DNA of 64,000 nucleotides from assembly GCA_028695135.1 (NCBI GenBank), contig JAQVJM010000003.1, positions 2,571-66,570 on the forward strand, read 5' to 3'. Shown here one piece after another: positions 62,326-64,000 of this stretch; the first letter of the stretch is position 1, and every line of letters begins with the position of its first letter. The translations under genes were made by a program, and so were the position numbers. Under the pieces are notes generated by a model. It ran no database searches, was not told the origin of the DNA, and saw nothing but the letters and a program-made list of their open reading frames with translations. The DNA comes from Candidatus Moraniibacteriota bacterium (GTDB lineage Bacteria; Patescibacteriota; Minisyncoccia; Moranbacterales; UBA9337).

Positions 62326-62380
62326 TTTTTTAATCATGAAAACCTAAAGCGGAGCAAGGCTCGTTGCAGGATAAACAAAA

Positions 62381-63958
62381 ATGGAAAATAAAAATAATTC
62401 GGAAGGGCAAAATTTAAATCCCAATCCAGTTCTTAACCCTGAGAAAAATTCGAATCCTGCGCAATTTGATTCTACCCGGGATTCAAATAAAAGCGTAGAA
62501 CATCCAGAAGATCAAAACCAAAGTGTTCCCGTTCAAGGATCAAGCGCTATTGAATTTTTTGAGGAGGATAGCGCGGCAAGCCAAAATGAAAATCAGAAAT
62601 TGGGACAAAAAAATGGCAGTCGCAATAGTGAAGATCCAGCAGAAGGTATTTCAAAACAAATCACAGCTGAAAATAATTCTGCGATGCATTTTTTCATGTA
62701 TATGGTTTCATTTTTTTCCTTGCTTTTGTTTTCCACGGGTATAGGAACGATAGTTTTTCAAATCATAAATAAAAATATTTCTGATAATTTAATATACGAT
62801 TTTTCCGGATATTTCGCCAAAACGGCAGTCAAATACGGGATAGCGACAATCCTCATAGCCATGCCTATTTATTTTGTCCTGATGTATTTTATAAATAAAA
62901 AATTATATCAAGGAGAAATAGATGTCAATTCCAAAGTTAGAAAATGGCTGACATATATAATTTTATTCATAGCTTCAGCGATAATAATTGGAGATCTTAT
63001 AACATTGGTCTTTTATATGCTGGATGGCGACATGACAGCGAGATTCATCCTAAAAATTATAACCGTCATAATAATTGCCGGATTTATTTTTGGATATTAT
63101 TTATGGGATATGAAAAAGAACAATACGGCAGGAGTCAGATATATGGCCAATAAAATTTTTGCTATTTTCTCCATAATCATAAGCATTATCGTTCTATTTT
63201 CTTCATTCTTTGTTATCGACAGCCCTAAAGCAGCTAGAGATAAAAAAATGGATAATCAGACCTTGTCTGCATTAAGCTCATTGAACGCAAATGTTTTGAT
63301 TTATCATAACAAGAATCATAAATTACCCAATAACCTTGAAGAACTAGGATTAAGCAGTTATGAAAAGAGGAATCTTGATAATTTAGAAATACCGATAACA
63401 TACAAAAGATTAAGTGAAAACGATTATGAGCTTTGTACAAGCTTTAAAAGAGAGACTGAAAAAGAAAGCAATGAAAGGTATGGGTATTTATACAATGATG
63501 AGTGGATGCATCCGGCAGGAAATCATTGCTTTTCTAAAAAAATAGAAAATAAGCCTCAACAAAATAAAAACCAAGTTCCGGTAAATGCTAATAGTAGTGA
63601 CCAGGCTTATTTTGAGGGAATAGAGGCAGCCAGGGAAAAGGCGCAACTGGCGTCCGTAAAGTCTTATATATCCAGCACTTTTGCGGCGGCAGTCATCTGT
63701 AAAGATGGAGATGGAAAAATAATAAGCGGTTCGGGAGGAAGCCAAATGTGTGATAATGATTCAAATTATAAATGGCCGAATATCTCCATATGCGGAAATA
63801 ATCCCGAAAGCACGAAATGGATCGTTGGAATTACAGGAGAAGGCGAAAATGTGGAATGGAACATAACTTTGGATTGTGAACAGTTTTTGAGTTGTAACGG
63901 ATCCGCAAATGCAGTCTGTACAGAAGAAGGTTGTAACTTTTCCGGCACTTGCCAGTAG
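62381..63958 (+). CDS. DUF5671-like membrane protein with pilin-like and Cys-rich C-terminal regions
   Basis: RKWLTY..LF......GDL, SP...R....D, YELC..F, HPAG.HCF; C-terminal AREKA..AS helix plus 7 Cys. Confidence 0.65.
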   Translation: MENKNNSEGQNLNPNPVLNPEKNSNPAQFDSTRDSNKSVEHPEDQNQSVPVQGSSAIEFFEEDSAASQNENQKLGQKNGSRNSEDPAEGISKQITAENNSAMHFFMYMVSFFSLLLFSTGIGTIVFQIINKNISDNLIYDFSGYFAKTAVKYGIATILIAMPIYFVLMYFINKKLYQGEIDVNSKVRKWLTYIILFIASAIIIGDLITLVFYMLDGDMTARFILKIITVIIIAGFIFGYYLWDMKKNNTAGVRYMANKIFAIFSIIISIIVLFSSFFVIDSPKAARDKKMDNQTLSALSSLNANVLIYHNKNHKLPNNLEELGLSSYEKRNLDNLEIPITYKRLSENDYELCTSFKRETEKESNERYGYLYNDEWMHPAGNHCFSKKIENKPQQNKNQVPVNANSSDQAYFEGIEAAREKAQLASVKSYISSTFAAAVICKDGDGKIISGSGGSQMCDNDSNYKWPNISICGNNPESTKWIVGITGEGENVEWNITLDCEQFLSCNGSANAVCTEEGCNFSGTCQ

Positions 63959-64000
63959 CAAACATATGGGGAAAAATAAATTTTACCTGATTCTTCATAG

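Overview
An AT-rich bacterial chromosome segment in genetic code 11 (TGA is used as stop). Gene content and style suggest a Patescibacteria/CPR (Parcubacteria-like) genome; this is inference from the short ProRS, ACT-less Rel, S6 with a long charged tail, DUF4012/DUF5671-like proteins and mostly SD-less core genes. Most of the window is housekeeping: uppP, rseP, proS, tpiA, fba, ftsK, recA, partial riboflavin genes, folD, tRNA-Leu(CAA), parAB, rel, topA, dprA, argS, rpoBC, rpsF-ssb-rpsR, efp, rnhA, a MacAB-like ABC system, rplI, pyrG and rpmA. The standout is the accessory region at about 50.6-57.6 kb. It holds three paralogous, apparently leaderless leader-peptide attenuators with one shared promoter/antiterminator/terminator scaffold but different control codons: Ile-rich, Leu-rich and Phe/Tyr/Trp-rich. 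They control an orphan protein, a circularly permuted (GspS-like) ATP-grasp ligase, and an operon of a classical ATP-grasp ligase, a small protein and a 25-aa Gly/Asp/Glu-rich peptide, rather than amino-acid biosynthesis genes. An N-formylglutamate amidohydrolase and a uORF-attenuated ABC exporter lie within the same region. Other points of interest are a candidate ~185-nt ncRNA beside rel, a switch-like rpsF leader, a tRNA 3' remnant with a T-loop insertion, a pseudo-HtrA, an AbrB-like gene with an in-frame stop, and several intergenic repeat families. All family calls come from reading motifs by eye; no searches were run.
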